Assembly: GCA_018812715.1 (NCBI GenBank)
Contig: JAHJCT010000017.1
Coordinates: 204,019 to 268,018, forward strand
DNA: 64,000 bases
Origin: Candidatus Micrarchaeota archaeon
GTDB taxonomy: Archaea > Micrarchaeota > Micrarchaeia > Anstonellales > Bilamarchaeaceae
Reading direction: 5' to 3'
Both the position numbers and the translations under genes were made by a program. Shown one piece after another: positions 62,530 through 64,000 of the stretch (positions are counted from its first letter, which is position 1; every line of letters starts with the position of its first letter). Under the pieces are notes generated by a model. The model did not search any database and was not told the origin of the DNA. It saw nothing but the letters and a program-made list of their open reading frames with translations.

Positions 62530-62961
62530 GTGAATCAACAACTAGAGCGCAAGCTTGAAAACCTTAGAAAAAGTATACGGAAGCTGGATAGTGCAATTGT
62601 TACATATACAGACAGTATAGACGATGCATTTCTTCTAAGAATCTGTCGTGATGAACTTGGTGAAAAAGCAATTGCAGTAACCATATGTCCTGATGATTAC
62701 CTAGAAACTGAACTTTCTATTACTGAAAGTGTAACCAAGGTTCTAGGAATAAAACATATAGTTACTAAAAAATCTCAACTCAAGAAGCTTGCAACACGTA
62801 TGAATATTCAGAATATACTAGTTGGCATAAGTAAAGGTAATCCAGCATCACTTATTATTGGTGTGAAGTGCCCTCTTCTTGAATGCGGACTTACCAAAGC
62901 AGAGATAGAGTTCTTGGCAAAAGAATTAGGTGTTGATAAATTAAAAAAGAAAAAATATTAA
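62530..62961 (+). pseudogene. Truncated, PP-loop-degenerate COG1606 (LarE-like) ATPase homologue
   Basis: LERKLENLRKSIRKLDSAIVTYTDSIDDAFLLRICRDELGEKAIAVT parallels the COG1606 N-terminus, but SGGxDS is replaced by TYTDSID. At 143 aa it is about half the family length. The C-terminal PLLECGLTKAEIEFLAKELGV is retained. Confidence 0.4.
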
Positions 62962-63521
62962 GCAATTTTTTTGAATGCAAGTGTTCCTTTTTCTGTTCTA
63001 TGAAATTCATAATCTTCTGAAAGAAATAATTTCTCTAATTGACTCCCAGCCTCTCTTATATACTCAGAAATATTCCCTTTTGGCAGATCTTCATAAAGAT
63101 AGCTTATTACATACTTGAATTCTGATTCTGTAGCTTCTTTCTCTCTTTCTTTCAATAATATTCTTCTGATGCCCCTTCCTTCGTAAGCCAGCAGGACTGC
63201 TGGATCTTCTAGATAAAGTGCATTAGGATCGCCATGCATAATTATCATCTTTTCAGCATCTAACCTGGCTGGCCATGATAATCCCACGCCAATGAGCATG
63301 CGGTTAACAGTTGCTCCAAAGCTTTTTTCATAATCCACTATACTTTTTACTTCTGCCTCTGTAACATCAAATGCGCATTTTCTCATAACTTTTACACATT
63401 CTTCAATATCTTCTTCTCCAAGCCTTTTTACCTCTACTTCTTCCTCATCTAGGAGATGGATGAATTTAGGTTTGAATTTTTCTTCCTCCTCATCTTTCTT
63501 CTCTTGTTTGAATGATTCCAT
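62958..63521 (-). CDS. Possible GNAT-like acetyltransferase with acidic N-terminus
   Basis: LLAYEGRGIRRILL resembles GNAT motif A. Otherwise unassigned. 187 aa. Confidence 0.35.
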   Translation of the reverse strand: MESFKQEKKDEEEEKFKPKFIHLLDEEEVEVKRLGEEDIEECVKVMRKCAFDVTEAEVKSIVDYEKSFGATVNRMLIGVGLSWPARLDAEKMIIMHGDPNALYLEDPAVLLAYEGRGIRRILLKEREKEATESEFKYVISYLYEDLPKGNISEYIREAGSQLEKLFLSEDYEFHRTEKGTLAFKKIA

Positions 63522-63527
63522 AATTTC

Positions 63528-63863
63528 TCACACGAGACGCACATTACATGCTGGACAACGTGTATACATTGTATCCATTTTATATCCACATCTAGGGCAT
63601 ACATAATAAGTTTTTTTCGCTCTTTGCAATTCTGCCTCAAAATCATATCTGCACTGTCTGCATCTCTGTATATCTAATTCGTTCAATGTGTTGCATTTAG
63701 GACATTTTCTACGAAACATGCTCTTTATACGTACGCCGCATTTAGGGCAGCGTTCCATGCTTAAATTAACTGTTTCACTACAACTTGGACATTTCCTTGG
63801 CGGTCCTTTGGATACTGGTTTGCTACCTTTGAACAAGCCACTAAGAAAATCTCCTAATCCCAT
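63528..63863 (-). CDS. Multi-zinc-ribbon protein (six CxxC pairs)
   Basis: CPSCSE, CPKCG, CPKCN, CRQCR, CPRCG and CPACN are spaced as tandem zinc ribbons. 111 aa. Confidence 0.55.
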   Translation of the reverse strand: MGLGDFLSGLFKGSKPVSKGPPRKCPSCSETVNLSMERCPKCGVRIKSMFRRKCPKCNTLNELDIQRCRQCRYDFEAELQRAKKTYYVCPRCGYKMDTMYTRCPACNVRLV

Positions 63864-64000
63864 ATTATCAACTGTATGAACATTCTATTGTGTAATCTCG
63901 TATTGGTGATTGTTGGAGGCCACAGAACGTACTAATCTCTCCAATTTGTGAGGTGGTACTTCCAAATCCACAATCTACGTTTTCATAGCCGCTTTTTGGG

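Noticed and set aside
1-64000. Looked for CRISPR arrays (regularly spaced 25-40-bp direct repeats with unique spacers)
   Set aside because: No such periodic repeat structure anywhere. The only direct repeats are the 115-bp pair around 45 kb and the 66-bp units around 46.2 kb, which lack spacer-like architecture.
63864-64000. Possible 3' end of another minus-strand gene at the window edge
   Set aside because: Too short (137 bp) to judge. No feature called.

Overview
The window is AT-rich (roughly 30-35% GC by eye) and looks archaeal. I base this on fibrillarin, eIF6, ribosomal proteins L31e, L39e, LX and S19e, prefoldin alpha, Pop5, Elp3, CDC48 and a Bud32 kinase, plus an intron-containing tRNA-Glu and an SRP (7S) RNA with a TATA-box promoter. 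Many genes are short and strongly Lys/Ile/Glu-biased, which fits a small-genome, DPANN-like archaeon; that assignment is inference.

The first ~22 kb is a compositionally distinct block, visibly GC-richer (about 40-45% by eye) and encoding Arg/Glu/Asp/Ala/Thr-rich rather than Lys-rich proteins. It is dominated by three huge tandem minus-strand genes of more than 2116 aa (truncated at the window edge), 2854 aa and 1463 aa, plus a 521-aa gene. The 2854- and 1463-aa proteins share a conserved C-terminal domain (motif YGLTVSGEGE) and a Trp-rich module. The truncated giant and the 2854-aa protein share recurrent RYGEEFV..VE modules. The 2854-aa protein has a central transmembrane block. None of them matches any family I recognise, so this is the best candidate for an undescribed system. 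A RelE-type toxin/antitoxin pair sits between these genes and a HEPN/MNT pair lies at the block's edge.

The rest of the window is mostly housekeeping. It holds the conserved archaeal cluster S19e, PDCD5-like protein, L39e, L31e, eIF6, LX, PfdA and FtsY, and fibrillarin with no adjacent Nop5. It also holds pyrBI, tmk, purE, RNase HI, a YchF-type GTPase fused in an operon with CutA, an M50 protease, an M20 peptidase and a 2Fe-2S ferredoxin. Three paralogous surface proteins combine beta-helix repeats, a shared Cys-rich module and a C-terminal membrane anchor; a further secreted Ig-like protein and a signal-peptide-bearing, AAA-less Lon-like S16 protease domain protein are also present.

Other points of interest:
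- tRNA-Glu carries an intron of about 112 nt, and a degenerate copy of its 3' end lies 600 bp downstream.
- Direct repeats of about 115 bp flank a PIN/antitoxin cassette.
- A 66-bp palindrome-containing repeat recurs three times around the ferredoxin and purE genes.
- The splicing-endonuclease (EndA) family protein appears to lack the catalytic Tyr and His, and sits in an operon with a HerA-like ATPase.
- A COG1606 (LarE-like) gene is truncated and PP-loop-degenerate.

No CRISPR array, integrase or transposase was found.
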